Positions 47,811-58,115 of a stretch of DNA of 64,000 nucleotides are shown piece after piece. This DNA is from an uncultured virus (IMG/VR IMGVR_UViG_3300009378_001140). Lineage: Duplodnaviria; Heunggongvirae; Uroviricota; Caudoviricetes. Under the pieces are notes generated by a model. That model ran no database searches. It worked only from the letters and a program-made list of their open reading frames with translations, and was not told the DNA's origin. Position numbers and translations under genes: made by a program. The DNA lies in the IMG/VR virus record IMGVR_UViG_3300009378_001140; one strand, 5' to 3'. The stretch's first letter is position 1; each line of letters begins with the position of its first letter.

Positions 47811-49612
47811 TACCTTCTAAACTTTGAAACACGCTTTGGAGCTGTAGCGAGAGCCTTCTCTAACATCCTATATGAAGCCTCTTCATCAAAAACAATATTT
47901 TCAATATCATTGATTATTCCTATCATATAGTCATCATATTTTTCTGATGAATAAATTTCATCATCGCTAGATCGCCTAAATACACCATCGGCATTGAGCT
48001 GTTGAATAAATGCACGGACTCCACCCTCTTTTGCGCCTTTTGTCTTGTCTGCATCAAGGACGTCTTTTGCAACCTGTTGTATAAATGCAACAACAGACTC
48101 AAATGCATTTCTTTTATCAATATATGACTGTGACTCAACATCAACGTCTCTTGTGTTGATGGCAGTGTTTTGAACAACAAGATATCCACCAAGTCCATCA
48201 GGATCATCAGGATCATCAGAGTCAACATCTGGAAAAATGGAATTGTCTGCATCAAGAAGATCATTGACAATTGTCATCTCAGCGTCATCATCATATCCAA
48301 CTGACTCGACATAATCTCTTAAAACAGACCTAAACACATTATAAATTGCTGCAACTATCTGATCTTGCGCCTTTAATTTCAGCGGATCATATGTTGATGG
48401 AATCTTCTTTGTCGTCGGAAAGCCCAGCGTAGCTGCATCTTCTGGATCGAATCCAAAAACCTTTAAATCATCATATAGAATGTTCTGAATATTGTTTGTC
48501 TTTAATCCCGTCTCATCAGATATTCTATCCTTTAATGCTTGCATTGCTTTTTGTGACATTTGCAATCCAATTCCCTCATCCTCAAGAATCTCATCTCTCA
48601 GCTGCCTTCTTATCTTTGCTGCCTCATCTGGGTTTATATTTTCATCGGCTGCGATCTGATCAACGGTATTTTCTGGCTCTCTTGCTTCTTGTTCTGTCTC
48701 ATCAGCAAGAGCTTTGAGTCTTTTTGCTCCTTGCACATCACCCTGGGCCGCGATCTCATCTGCCCTGGCCCTAAGAGCACTAGCCAAGTTAACACCTGTT
48801 AGACCTGTTTCCTTTCTAATCTTTGCAAGCTCTTTGGTTGATGATCTTGATTCTGCCTCTTCTTTTCCTGCTGCAACATATCCAGCAACCTCTTCAGGGG
48901 TGACATCTCTGCTTCCAAGAACTGATGATAGATATTCTAAGACCTTTCCCCTAACCTCTTTCTTTTCATCATCAGAGAGGTCTTTCATCATCTGCTTAAT
49001 TCTTCGATTATTTCTCATCTCTCCGATTGCCTTAAGATGAACTAATCTTGTGTCAGTTCCTCTAACCACAGAGTGACCAGTCTCAGAATCTATATCAACA
49101 TTGGCAAATAGCGCAGGATTTTTCATAAAATAATCAACAATAGCATCAGTTGCAACCTGAACATCATCTTCTATGCTAAGCGGTCTGTCAAGATCATCAT
49201 CTAGATCATCAAGCATTCCCTCAACTATCTGCCTAAACGCTTTCTCATGAATCGTCGTTTGATCATCATCACTTTTTCCATAGACTTTTTCATCGTGCTT
49301 GTCAATGGACAGGTCTAGAAGCTGATGTAATCGTCTATAGAAAAATTCTATTTGATCAGCAGGAACCTCATTAGATATCACAGATGACGCCCTCGATAGC
49401 TCCTCCTGATTTGATGGAATGTACTCAGGATCATCAACAGGAGGAATGTCAGCAGATAGCTGGACAGCCATCTGGGGGGTTGGTTCTATTGGCTCTTCAT
49501 CACTCTTCGCTGGGATGTCGCTGATATTGCTAGACTTCGGACTTCTATCTTCAGATAGAATTCTTCCTATTGCATCTCTCAGGGCACGCTTATTTACTAT
49601 GACACGCATCAA
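47810..49612 (-). CDS. large acidic hypothetical protein with LRDAIGRILSED leader
   Basis: 600-aa ORF. Confidence 0.65.
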   Translation of the reverse strand: MMRVIVNKRALRDAIGRILSEDRSPKSSNISDIPAKSDEEPIEPTPQMAVQLSADIPPVDDPEYIPSNQEELSRASSVISNEVPADQIEFFYRRLHQLLDLSIDKHDEKVYGKSDDDQTTIHEKAFRQIVEGMLDDLDDDLDRPLSIEDDVQVATDAIVDYFMKNPALFANVDIDSETGHSVVRGTDTRLVHLKAIGEMRNNRRIKQMMKDLSDDEKKEVRGKVLEYLSSVLGSRDVTPEEVAGYVAAGKEEAESRSSTKELAKIRKETGLTGVNLASALRARADEIAAQGDVQGAKRLKALADETEQEAREPENTVDQIAADENINPDEAAKIRRQLRDEILEDEGIGLQMSQKAMQALKDRISDETGLKTNNIQNILYDDLKVFGFDPEDAATLGFPTTKKIPSTYDPLKLKAQDQIVAAIYNVFRSVLRDYVESVGYDDDAEMTIVNDLLDADNSIFPDVDSDDPDDPDGLGGYLVVQNTAINTRDVDVESQSYIDKRNAFESVVAFIQQVAKDVLDADKTKGAKEGGVRAFIQQLNADGVFRRSSDDEIYSSEKYDDYMIGIINDIENIVFDEEASYRMLEKALATAPKRVSKFRR

Positions 49613-49644
49613 AACCTCTCAACAATAGGTATCTAAGATGTCGC

Positions 49645-50085
49645 TTAATTTGCTGTATTTGCCTGAGAAACAGCCCAAACTCCAACAGATGTTGCTAGTA
49701 TTCCTGTCAAAATTCCTCCTACATACCATGCTGACACTGACGGGCTATTTCTTTTTAACATCTCATCAGTTAAAAGCTCTATGTGATCATTCTTTAGATC
49801 GATTATTTGACTGCTTCTTTCCTCACAGGATTCTGCTTTAACTCTTTCAACATCAATAAGATATTGTGTTTCTGCTTCTTGAACGTCTAAAGCCTCACTC
49901 ATCTTAAGCTCACAAAGCTCCTGTGAGCTTTCTAACTCAATTAACAATCTTGCTGATGCATTTGTGCTAAATAGAGTTCCAGAAAACGGTGCTTCCTCAC
50001 CTGCCTGAATAGTTGTGACCTGCTCAGAGTCCTGTGCGTATGATGATCCACACAAAGGGAACAGAGAAAATAAGAAAAACATCAT
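49645..50085 (-). CDS. exported coiled-coil protein with a C-terminal TM segment (possible spanin component)
   Basis: Signal peptide, coiled coil, hydrophobic C-terminus. Confidence 0.5.
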   Translation of the reverse strand: MMFFLFSLFPLCGSSYAQDSEQVTTIQAGEEAPFSGTLFSTNASARLLIELESSQELCELKMSEALDVQEAETQYLIDVERVKAESCEERSSQIIDLKNDHIELLTDEMLKRNSPSVSAWYVGGILTGILATSVGVWAVSQANTAN

Positions 50086-50486
50086 AGCATTATCTCAAAG
50101 CCCGTGATGTCTGCAAGCCTTTTTGTAATTGTATCTGGGTCATCAAGATTTTCCTCAAGAACCTTCTCAACCTCTTTTCTTTTTTTCTTATCAAGCTTTT
50201 TATTTTCAAGCTCATATTTTTCCTCTATCTGTTTTATAGCTACCTTTCTTACATTTTCAAGCTCAAGCATTTTTTCAATTTGACTCTCATATGATGAATT
50301 TATCACATTTATTTCATCATTATATAGCTGTCTTGTTTTATCAAGAGCTTCACTTAATGATCTAGTTTTATTTCGAGATACTACACTAATAATAGCAAAT
50401 GAAAGGATTGCTAGCGATAATTCCCAGTGAGACTTCACCCAGACGCTAATTTTTTTTAATACGTGCCTAAGTTTAAAAAATTTCAT
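50082..50486 (-). CDS. N-terminally anchored coiled-coil protein (i-spanin-like)
   Basis: One TM segment followed by a long coiled coil. Confidence 0.5.
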   Translation of the reverse strand: MKFFKLRHVLKKISVWVKSHWELSLAILSFAIISVVSRNKTRSLSEALDKTRQLYNDEINVINSSYESQIEKMLELENVRKVAIKQIEEKYELENKKLDKKKRKEVEKVLEENLDDPDTITKRLADITGFEIML

Positions 50487-50487
50487 T

Positions 50488-50676
50488 TTAGCTATTGTGT
50501 CGGTATGCCTTCATGGCATCAACCGCAGCCTGACTACCGATGTACACTATTGCTATCATGCCCCATGTTTCAGACGTCAATCCATCCCACACCATCAGGC
50601 CTGTTGCTGATAGAAACACTAACAGCTTTCTAGAGATCATCTTTTCTAGAAGGCTGTCTAAATGACCTTTTATCAT
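50488..50676 (-). CDS. small two-TM protein (holin-like)
   Basis: SRKLLVF...W..IA.VYIG.Q..VD. Confidence 0.5.
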   Translation of the reverse strand: MIKGHLDSLLEKMISRKLLVFLSATGLMVWDGLTSETWGMIAIVYIGSQAAVDAMKAYRHNS

Positions 50677-50677
50677 A

Positions 50678-50911
50678 TTAGTTCTCGTTTTCAGTTGTCT
50701 CTGTGTTCGCCTCAGCCGTCTCTGCGGCCTCTGCGGCCTGTGTTGTAGTTTCTGTTGTCTCTGTTGCTACCTCGACTGTTTCAACATCATCTGACTCGAC
50801 AGCCGACGGTTCATATACACATTTACCATATGTAGTTGCAACAACGAGAGCACCACCTACAAGATAAACCTCAACCTTCCACTTTTTTAATAATTCTTTT
50901 AAGCCATTCAT
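50678..50911 (-). CDS. small protein with a Glu/Thr/Ala-rich tail
   Basis: AGGAG RBS. Confidence 0.55.
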   Translation of the reverse strand: MNGLKELLKKWKVEVYLVGGALVVATTYGKCVYEPSAVESDDVETVEVATETTETTTQAAEAAETAEANTETTENEN

Positions 50912-50973
50912 GCTTATTCTCCTGTTTGATTAAAAATTATATATAGAAGTAGTGAAAATATAAAATTTCTTAA

Positions 50974-51297
50974 TCAATTAATTAAATCATCGTCGACATC
51001 TGGTATTGTGAATATGATACTCCCTGTCCCACCCTTTCCAGCAGTCTTCTGATCAAACATAGATATCGTATCAAGAATTTCATTTTGAACAGCACCAAGC
51101 GTCGATATTACATATGACTGCTTTATAATGACAGTTTCAAGATCATAAATCACATCTTCAAGAGATGATATCTTTTTCATTATCTCATCTCTATTACTAG
51201 GCACACTATCTTTGCCATTGCTTGTAGAAAACCTTTTAAAAAGATTATTTAAAAAACATCTTATCTTCTGAAACATTAGCTTAATCCTTCTTATCAA
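50974..51297 (-). CDS. hypothetical coiled-coil protein
   Basis: Coupled ORF. Confidence 0.5.
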   Translation of the reverse strand: MIRRIKLMFQKIRCFLNNLFKRFSTSNGKDSVPSNRDEIMKKISSLEDVIYDLETVIIKQSYVISTLGAVQNEILDTISMFDQKTAGKGGTGSIIFTIPDVDDDLIN

Positions 51298-51571
51298 GAG
51301 GATTATCTGCAGCTATTATTTCAAATAATGACTCTGCATCAGTCCTTGATAACTTCTTAATGATTTTATCACGTTTTTTCTGCGAGAGCTCTTCCATCAT
51401 TCTCATCATGTCAGGAGACTCAGATGCTATTCTCTGTGATATTTCTTCAAATATCTCTTGCATCGATAATCTATTTTTAAAACAAGCTATTCTTACGGCA
51501 CTATGTGTTTCTCGAGTTGTTGTGAAGTGAATTGACTTCTTTGTTTCAAAATCAACATAGTCTTTGCTCAC
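51281..51571 (-). CDS. hypothetical protein (possible ribbon-helix-helix)
   Basis: Start reassigned to GTG (AGGAG RBS); KKSIHF strand followed by two helices. Confidence 0.5.
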   Translation of the reverse strand: MSKDYVDFETKKSIHFTTTRETHSAVRIACFKNRLSMQEIFEEISQRIASESPDMMRMMEELSQKKRDKIIKKLSRTDAESLFEIIAADNPLDKKD

Positions 51572-52167
51572 ACCGCTCCTCCACCACCGCCGCCAAGGCC
51601 TCCCGTGCCCCCAGCCCATGCACCTGTAGCAAACGGAGCTACAGGATGATCGGCATCGTCGTCAATGCTGATGTCAAACTGTGTGTGTAGTATTTCCTTC
51701 ATCTCACTCACATGATCATTGTCGTAATGATCTGCAAGAAAACTTGATGCTCGATTCACGATCGCTGCCTTTATGTCAAGAAGAACCTCATTATTCATTA
51801 CAAGTCTTGCAACTCTCTTTGTAAAGGCGTCTATGTCAATAGGGGGCTTAGGCGGCTCTAGAGACTCATCACTCTCTTCGCTATCTGTCTCACTGTCATC
51901 ATCTACCTCCTCTTCATCATCAGCAGCACCCTCTTCACCCTCTTCAGCATCCTGTTCTAAAAATAGCTTTCTAAGAGATGTTGACGACATTGACTCCATC
52001 ATCATATCATCATCAGATGACATTGAATCCTTTTCAAACTTTATTAAAAATGCATCAATCTGATCATCAACAGAGTCAGCTGATCTTTTTTCATCACTAC
52101 TGTCAGGTGACATCATCTCATCCATCTGCTCAAGTATTAGTCTTCTAAGTGTCTTTTTGTCAATCAT
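51568..52167 (-). CDS. acidic hypothetical protein with LRRLILEQ leader
   Basis: LRRLILEQ and LRKLFLEQ motifs; Gly-rich tail. Confidence 0.6.
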   Translation of the reverse strand: MIDKKTLRRLILEQMDEMMSPDSSDEKRSADSVDDQIDAFLIKFEKDSMSSDDDMMMESMSSTSLRKLFLEQDAEEGEEGAADDEEEVDDDSETDSEESDESLEPPKPPIDIDAFTKRVARLVMNNEVLLDIKAAIVNRASSFLADHYDNDHVSEMKEILHTQFDISIDDDADHPVAPFATGAWAGGTGGLGGGGGGAV

Positions 52168-52168
52168 G

Positions 52169-52876
52169 TTATGTCCTTAAGGCATTCTGAATTTTTTCTG
52201 CCCTGTTAACTCTTCCCTCGATCACAGTCCAATTTAATTGTTTCATCATTGCATGAACATATGTTCTTACATCTGTTAAATAGTCTCGATAGTACGCATG
52301 TTGCCACAGGTCTAAGGCTATGATCGGATATGAGCCAACAGGAACTTGTATGCTGTGAAGGTCAACGACGCAGTTCATATATCGCTGAAGATATGAATTA
52401 TACACCGTCATAGCCCAGCCACATCTAGATGACATGCAGCATGCTATGAAGTCCTCTTGCCAGGCATCAAAGGTCCCAAAGTCTCTAGAAAGCCGCATAT
52501 ATGAAAGTGAATCCATTGATATATTGCTATGAAGATCACTTATATTTGAGAAGTATAGCTCATGCAAATAAGCTGCGTTCATATTGTGAACTTCATCAAT
52601 CTTTAACGATCTAAACTTAGAATAGTTTGAATCTGCCTCTGATCGATTAACAGCGTCTAGCTCAGCACTTATCCTATTAAATTTTTCAACATAGCCCTCG
52701 TATAGTGCGACATGGCTCTTTTTATTTGCCATGCTTAAAAGCTCTGTAGGAAGATCATGATGCTTTGGCTGTGCAACATATGCCTCATCTAGAGTCTTGT
52801 CGTCTCTAGCATCATTGTCTAGACCAAGTGAATCTCGTATGTTCTTTCTTAGATCATCATTTGTAAAGCTTGACAT
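52169..52876 (-). CDS. Fe/Mn superoxide dismutase family protein with an N-terminal leader
   Basis: H..LY.GYV, LHELYF, RDFG.FD.W, GWA and LDLWQHAYY. Confidence 0.9.
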   Translation of the reverse strand: MSSFTNDDLRKNIRDSLGLDNDARDDKTLDEAYVAQPKHHDLPTELLSMANKKSHVALYEGYVEKFNRISAELDAVNRSEADSNYSKFRSLKIDEVHNMNAAYLHELYFSNISDLHSNISMDSLSYMRLSRDFGTFDAWQEDFIACCMSSRCGWAMTVYNSYLQRYMNCVVDLHSIQVPVGSYPIIALDLWQHAYYRDYLTDVRTYVHAMMKQLNWTVIEGRVNRAEKIQNALRT

Positions 52877-53184
52877 TATTTCCTCTCATAGTCTTTAAAC
52901 TCTTTCTTTTGTATCTCTATTGTCATACCAGGCCTATTACATATAACTTTTGGATTTGACCTGTCTGATACGTCAACATATACAACTGTATAGTCGATTC
53001 CTGTTTCTTTATGCTTTATCTTCAGCCCAGGTCTTACAATTAATCTTTTATCGTCACCTTTTCCGACAAAGAGATCTAAGCCTTCAATCACACGAGGCCT
53101 TATTTCATTAACAATATTTTGTATATCATCTTTTGTGTATGTTTCCAACACTTTCTCCGTGTGATGCCTCAATATAAATATCAA
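52876..53184 (-). CDS. hypothetical protein
   Basis: PGLKIKHKETG.DYTV. Confidence 0.55.
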   Translation of the reverse strand: MIFILRHHTEKVLETYTKDDIQNIVNEIRPRVIEGLDLFVGKGDDKRLIVRPGLKIKHKETGIDYTVVYVDVSDRSNPKVICNRPGMTIEIQKKEFKDYERK

Positions 53185-53204
53185 GAATTCTTGGTTATTT
53201 AATT

Positions 53205-54434
53205 CTAAAAGTCAAGTCTGACCCTGAGAGACAAGCTCTTCTCATTGTTTTTTTCAACGGGTCTGCTTAGTTTAGCAACTGCAAGAAGATTATCGTGTGC
53301 ATCATATAGCCCTACAGATGTAAAAAATGTAAATGATTGCTGCCTGTTCTCCACTCCTCCCTCAAGCACGTTTATTGTGTCGCTTTCATCTGTATATGTT
53401 GGATTCGATGAATAATTAAACTCATCTGATCCCACCCTACAAAAAATCAAGGTCGAATTAATATTTGTTGCATTTTGAAATGTCATGGCTGTGTATGTTC
53501 CAGAGCTAAATCTACATGTACAGACATGATCAAGAATATCATCAACTGACGCAGACACCATGAGATCTGGAATATATCTCGCCTTAGGGTTGCCTGATCC
53601 CGATGACCCTATTACCATAGTTCCAGCGGGTGGTCCAACAGCCGGACTATTTTCATTTATAGCGCATATTACACCTGAAACATGCTGTGATCCTGACATT
53701 ATCTTATTTAGATCTAAAACGGCTATTCCTTTTTTATACCATAGAGACCCTACTATCTTTTTTGTAGGATTGTCTGCATTAGCTATATGACCAACCTTTC
53801 CACCAAACATCGTTGTCTGTGTGGCTGTTGATCCAACGTCTGTGAAGATGTGAGATCCTGTCTCTGATGTAACGCTTAAATTAAATCCAGGATTATGAGG
53901 ATGATCGACAACTGACGCGGTTGAAAAAAACTTCATCGCAAATGTCTCAGGTTTTATCTCATCTCTGGTAAATTGACGCTTAAAACTTATAAACAATGCC
54001 TCATCTATCTTATCAGACTCAAGTGTGCCAGTTACAGGTGATCTGAACTGAATATCTGCACTACCAAGAAGAAGCTGAGAATACTGTCTGTATATGTCTA
54101 TCTTCTCATTCATCATAACAGACTGCGATGAAAATAAAAATTTCCCATAATAATCTACGCTTGTCACTGCATCTGTTACAGTTGTGCTTCCGCTATATAG
54201 ACCAACTGTTATGTCAAAGACAGGATTAGCTGAGTGTAGAGAAAAATTATTATCATAGACTGTCTGAAATAATGATGATGTTATGCCAGGACCCTGGCCT
54301 CCTGTCATAAACGTCTGACGCTTCTTTCTTGATGACGATCCAGATATTCTCTGCTGGGATATATCAACCAACTGATGAAGAAACGATCTTCCCGCACGTA
54401 TATCAGACTGCGGTATTTCCTTAAAGATTGCCAA
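53205..54434 (-). CDS. putative virion structural protein
   Basis: Ser/Gly/Thr-rich; C-terminal EFNYSSNPTY...VGLYD...LLAVAKLSRP...RLDF, a pattern I associate with phage tail/ring proteins. Confidence 0.65.
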   Translation of the reverse strand: MAIFKEIPQSDIRAGRSFLHQLVDISQQRISGSSSRKKRQTFMTGGQGPGITSSLFQTVYDNNFSLHSANPVFDITVGLYSGSTTVTDAVTSVDYYGKFLFSSQSVMMNEKIDIYRQYSQLLLGSADIQFRSPVTGTLESDKIDEALFISFKRQFTRDEIKPETFAMKFFSTASVVDHPHNPGFNLSVTSETGSHIFTDVGSTATQTTMFGGKVGHIANADNPTKKIVGSLWYKKGIAVLDLNKIMSGSQHVSGVICAINENSPAVGPPAGTMVIGSSGSGNPKARYIPDLMVSASVDDILDHVCTCRFSSGTYTAMTFQNATNINSTLIFCRVGSDEFNYSSNPTYTDESDTINVLEGGVENRQQSFTFFTSVGLYDAHDNLLAVAKLSRPVEKNNEKSLSLRVRLDF

Positions 54435-54494
54435 CTGGACTCTCCAAACTTCTCACAATGTTTTATTATACCAATATATTAAGTATGAGAAATA

Positions 54495-54905
54495 TCAGAT
54501 AAGTTTTTTAACAATGATATTGCTATCTGTGAGAACGCTTAGCCCACTGGAATCCCTATATTCTTCATCATATATCACCTTTTTTATTCCTGCATTAATA
54601 AGGGCCTTGCTGCACATTCGACATGGACTTAAGGTGACATACATTATTTTGTCCTTTGGATTGTTATAGTCCATCTTAAGCAGTGCATTAATTTCTGCAT
54701 GTAGCATTCCAGACTCACCTGGTGTTAGTGACTCCACCTCATTTGGACCACCTTTGTGATCCCCGTTATATCCTACTGCTAAGACCTGCGTGTTATCTGA
54801 CGTTACAACAATTGCACCGACCTTGTGTCTTGGATCAATCGACCTTCTTGCAATTGAATGTGCAAACTCCATCCAGATCTGATCCCATTTCGGTCTATGC
54901 TCCAT
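54495..54905 (-). CDS. dCMP deaminase
   Basis: KVGA, GYNG, HAEINA and TLSPCRMC. Confidence 0.93.
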   Translation of the reverse strand: MEHRPKWDQIWMEFAHSIARRSIDPRHKVGAIVVTSDNTQVLAVGYNGDHKGGPNEVESLTPGESGMLHAEINALLKMDYNNPKDKIMYVTLSPCRMCSKALINAGIKKVIYDEEYRDSSGLSVLTDSNIIVKKLI

Positions 54906-54919
54906 TGTAACCTCCCGAA

Positions 54920-55147
54920 CTAAAAGGGATTCTCCTCACAGTATCGAATTATCTCCATGATGTCATCAACAAAGGAGTCATCTAGATCCTTATAAGACTC
55001 ACCTAGAATGTCTCTGATTGTCTTCCAGATGTGTGCATGGGCATTCCTACCTTTTGGATGCTTCGAGGTCTCTGGCAGCTTACTGCTTAGGCTTCTTGCT
55101 GCTTCTTCGACCCTTTCCTGCACTCTTTTTTGGTTTTTTGGGCTCAT
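54920..55147 (-). CDS. hypothetical protein
   Basis: HPKGRNAHAH. Confidence 0.55.
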   Translation of the reverse strand: MSPKNQKRVQERVEEAARSLSSKLPETSKHPKGRNAHAHIWKTIRDILGESYKDLDDSFVDDIMEIIRYCEENPF

Positions 55148-56132
55148 CCTTTTTCTCTGGCTTCTCTAGCTCATCTAGAAGTGACTCAAGACCTTCGACG
55201 ACGACGTTCTTGTCAGTGTCACCCTTCTTCTCAAGTGACTCCTTTATCTTTTTTATCTCCTCACGGGCACTTGACGTGTCAACCTTCTCCTCAACAACAT
55301 CAAAGAGATTGTCAACAATTGTGTTTCCAGTCAGTGTAAATCCTGCTGCCTTCGGATGCCCGCCGCCGCCAAACTCCTTTGCAACCTCTGACACATCGAC
55401 CTTGTCGTGAAATGCCCTAAGGCTCACCCTGATGTTCCTCTTCTCATGGTCGTAATACCATATCACCGCAAAGTCACAGTCATGTGATAACCTTGCACCG
55501 ATCTCAGACATCCAGTGCGATGCATTGACGACAAGAACATCATGACCCATGTATTTTCTCGGTTTTGCTTTCTCACACACCTTTCTAACAACTGACTTAG
55601 AATACTCAAGGATGTAACTACCTTTCTTAACTGCTGCGTCAAACACTGAGTCATCTTCAAATTTCTCAAACTCCTCAAAGTCAAACGGAACCATGTCAAA
55701 TGACGCTGAAAATTCTTTTGAGTAAGGTAGTTCCCACTTCCACAGGTCACGATCCTCGATATACCTAAGGAATTTAGGTGGTTCCTTTCCTGGGTGGAAG
55801 AAATTCCATGAGATTATCGTCCCAGAATGTTTCAGGTCAAATATTGTCTCCGTGATATCATGTAGCTCAACAACTGCTGACTTGTGATGATCAAGAACAA
55901 TTAATGAATTTGCCTTTTCAATCAGCTCCTTTGTTGTCTCATTGCTAAAACTGAAATCGCAGATCGCGACGTTTTTTCCCTCGACGTCTGGCGGAGCATC
56001 TCCATGAGCACATGCAACATATGCTGCTCTATTACCAAGCAGCTTCCATGCTGCATATGCACTTCCCTGCCCATCACTACAGTTCTTATGATAGATCACC
56101 AAATCTACGTCATTTGGATTAGGTCTTGCCAT
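55080..56132 (-). CDS. DHH/DHHA1 phosphoesterase
   Basis: YH..C.DG, DFS, LDHH, SLR and GGGGHPKAAGF. Confidence 0.92.
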   Translation of the reverse strand: MARPNPNDVDLVIYHKNCSDGQGSAYAAWKLLGNRAAYVACAHGDAPPDVEGKNVAICDFSFSNETTKELIEKANSLIVLDHHKSAVVELHDITETIFDLKHSGTIISWNFFHPGKEPPKFLRYIEDRDLWKWELPYSKEFSASFDMVPFDFEEFEKFEDDSVFDAAVKKGSYILEYSKSVVRKVCEKAKPRKYMGHDVLVVNASHWMSEIGARLSHDCDFAVIWYYDHEKRNIRVSLRAFHDKVDVSEVAKEFGGGGHPKAAGFTLTGNTIVDNLFDVVEEKVDTSSAREEIKKIKESLEKKGDTDKNVVVEGLESLLDELEKPEKKDEPKKPKKSAGKGRRSSKKPKQ

Positions 56133-56135
56133 ATA

Positions 56136-56702
56136 TTAGTCCAGATTGTTTACAAAACTATGATATTCCCAACAGCGAGGCTCATATAAATCTGATCCAC
56201 CAATGGTTATCTCATCAATACAATCACTTTTTCTATGAGTGTAATATGCATCTCTTCCTGTTACTGGACAAACTGCCGGACATATCTCGATCTTTGTTGC
56301 CCAGGGCATCATGTCTCGAACCTCTTCAAATACCTTTCCTGTCGCAGATAACTGTAGAGATGAAACGACAATCGTCTTTCCCTTTCTAAAAAGATAAATA
56401 AGAGCTCTAGCAACGTCATCGATCATAAATGCCTCATCAACAGCAATAACATTAGCTGAGCCATCTGAGCTCTTGACGTGATTAACTATATCGTCTCCGC
56501 TCTCAACTATTATAGCCTTCAACATTCCACCATTATGCGTTGTTATATCTCCGCTTGCATACCTATCATCTAACTTTGGCTTAAACGATAGAACAGTTTT
56601 ATTCTGATACCTGAATCTATCAACTGCGCCTAACAGTCTCGTTGTCTTTGATCCAAACATTGGTCCTGTAAATATTATAAACTCAGGCGATCTCACTTGC
56701 AC
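56136..56702 (-). CDS. tdk: thymidine kinase
   Basis: GPMFGSKTT, KP..D.RY, VDEA and IGG...YEPRC. Confidence 0.93.
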   Translation of the reverse strand: MQVRSPEFIIFTGPMFGSKTTRLLGAVDRFRYQNKTVLSFKPKLDDRYASGDITTHNGGMLKAIIVESGDDIVNHVKSSDGSANVIAVDEAFMIDDVARALIYLFRKGKTIVVSSLQLSATGKVFEEVRDMMPWATKIEICPAVCPVTGRDAYYTHRKSDCIDEITIGGSDLYEPRCWEYHSFVNNLD

Positions 56703-57094
56703 GTTCTCCCATAGTCATCATCTAGTCTTGTGAATTGACTTTTCTTATTATTTCCTATTTCAATAATCTCACTATTTTCAATTGCAGTAATTCTATACGG
56801 GCTACATGACTGGACGTGCAACACATCACCTGGAAAAAACTCATCAATCACATACGGCCTTTCATCCTCTTTTGTCAATGTCAATTGATCTCCATGCTGT
56901 ATTAAAACCTTTCCGCTAAGCACATATAACACCTCATCCTTATGATTATTATATTTTAAACTTGTTCTATTTCCTGCTTCAATGGATAAAATTTTTCCAT
57001 GAACTCCTGGTAGTGCACTCCAGACAATCTCATAACCCCATGGCTTTTTAACTTTTTCACTGCGTCCTTTCCACGAGCACTTATTCATCTTCAT
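56693..57094 (-). CDS. cupin-fold protein (mannose-6-phosphate isomerase-like)
   Basis: KPWG.E, SL.Y...KDE..YVLSG and RL.DDYGR. Confidence 0.85.
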   Translation of the reverse strand: MKMNKCSWKGRSEKVKKPWGYEIVWSALPGVHGKILSIEAGNRTSLKYNNHKDEVLYVLSGKVLIQHGDQLTLTKEDERPYVIDEFFPGDVLHVQSCSPYRITAIENSEIIEIGNNKKSQFTRLDDDYGRTCK

Positions 57095-58115
57095 TTACTC
57101 CCCACCACCTAAGTGTTCTCTCAAGACCTTCCCAAAATCTCACTTGCACCTCATACCCGAGATCTCGCTGAACCTTAGAGATGTCTGCCTGTGTATGCAT
57201 TACATCTCCAGGACGCCACGGAGCGTGTCTAACAACAGCATGACTAAACCTATTAGTAAAAAAGTCAAGAACTTCCTTGTTAGATGTCCTATCTCCACAC
57301 GATACATTATATGCACTTCCTAAAAATGACTTGTTAGATGTTGCTGCTAAGACGTTTGCCTCAACTGCATTGTCAACATAGCACATGTCTCTTGACTGAC
57401 TTCCATCACCGTCACTTCTTAGCGGGAGACCATTTTTAATTGCATTACACCACGCTGATATCGCTGTGGAGTATGGTGAATCTCCATACTGTCCTGGCCC
57501 GAATACATTAAAGTATCTTAAACACACGATGTCAAGATCATAAAGGTCGCCAAATAGCCTTGCAGCATCCTCTATTGCACTTTTTTGCCAGGCATATGGT
57601 GACTTAGGTGATTTTTGTGTTTCCTCTCCTGTAGGAAGAACTTCTGCGCCGCCATAGACTGACGATGATGATGCCCACACGACACGGTCGACGTTATTCA
57701 CGCATGCCTCAAAGAGCCTAATAGTCCCTGCTATATTTACATCAGTTGTCAGCGATGGATTTTCAACTGAATATGATACCCTTGGAATCGCTGCCTGATG
57801 AAATACCACATCATACATTTTTTCTGATATGTTCCTAATGATCTCCTTATGAGAAAAATCTCCCTGTATCACGAGAACTGCCTTATCATCTCTATCTGTT
57901 ACAGCACTGTAAAAATTTTGCAATAAATCTACAGGAACAACTCTCATGGCTACACCTTCAAGCAATTCAAGATGTCCATTTGACATATCATCAACTACAT
58001 CAACCTTCCAGCCATCACTCACAAGACGCTTTGTTAGATTTGATCCAATAAATCCGCAACCTCCGGTCACTAAAGCTCTTTTCATCTTTTCTCCATTCTC
58101 ATTAATTTTACTCAA
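57081..58115 (-). CDS. NAD-dependent NDP-sugar epimerase/dehydratase
   Basis: TGGCGFIGS, SSSSVYG, YAWQK and LRYFNVFGP. Confidence 0.93.
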   Translation of the reverse strand: MSKINENGEKMKRALVTGGCGFIGSNLTKRLVSDGWKVDVVDDMSNGHLELLEGVAMRVVPVDLLQNFYSAVTDRDDKAVLVIQGDFSHKEIIRNISEKMYDVVFHQAAIPRVSYSVENPSLTTDVNIAGTIRLFEACVNNVDRVVWASSSSVYGGAEVLPTGEETQKSPKSPYAWQKSAIEDAARLFGDLYDLDIVCLRYFNVFGPGQYGDSPYSTAISAWCNAIKNGLPLRSDGDGSQSRDMCYVDNAVEANVLAATSNKSFLGSAYNVSCGDRTSNKEVLDFFTNRFSHAVVRHAPWRPGDVMHTQADISKVQRDLGYEVQVRFWEGLERTLRWWGVNEDE

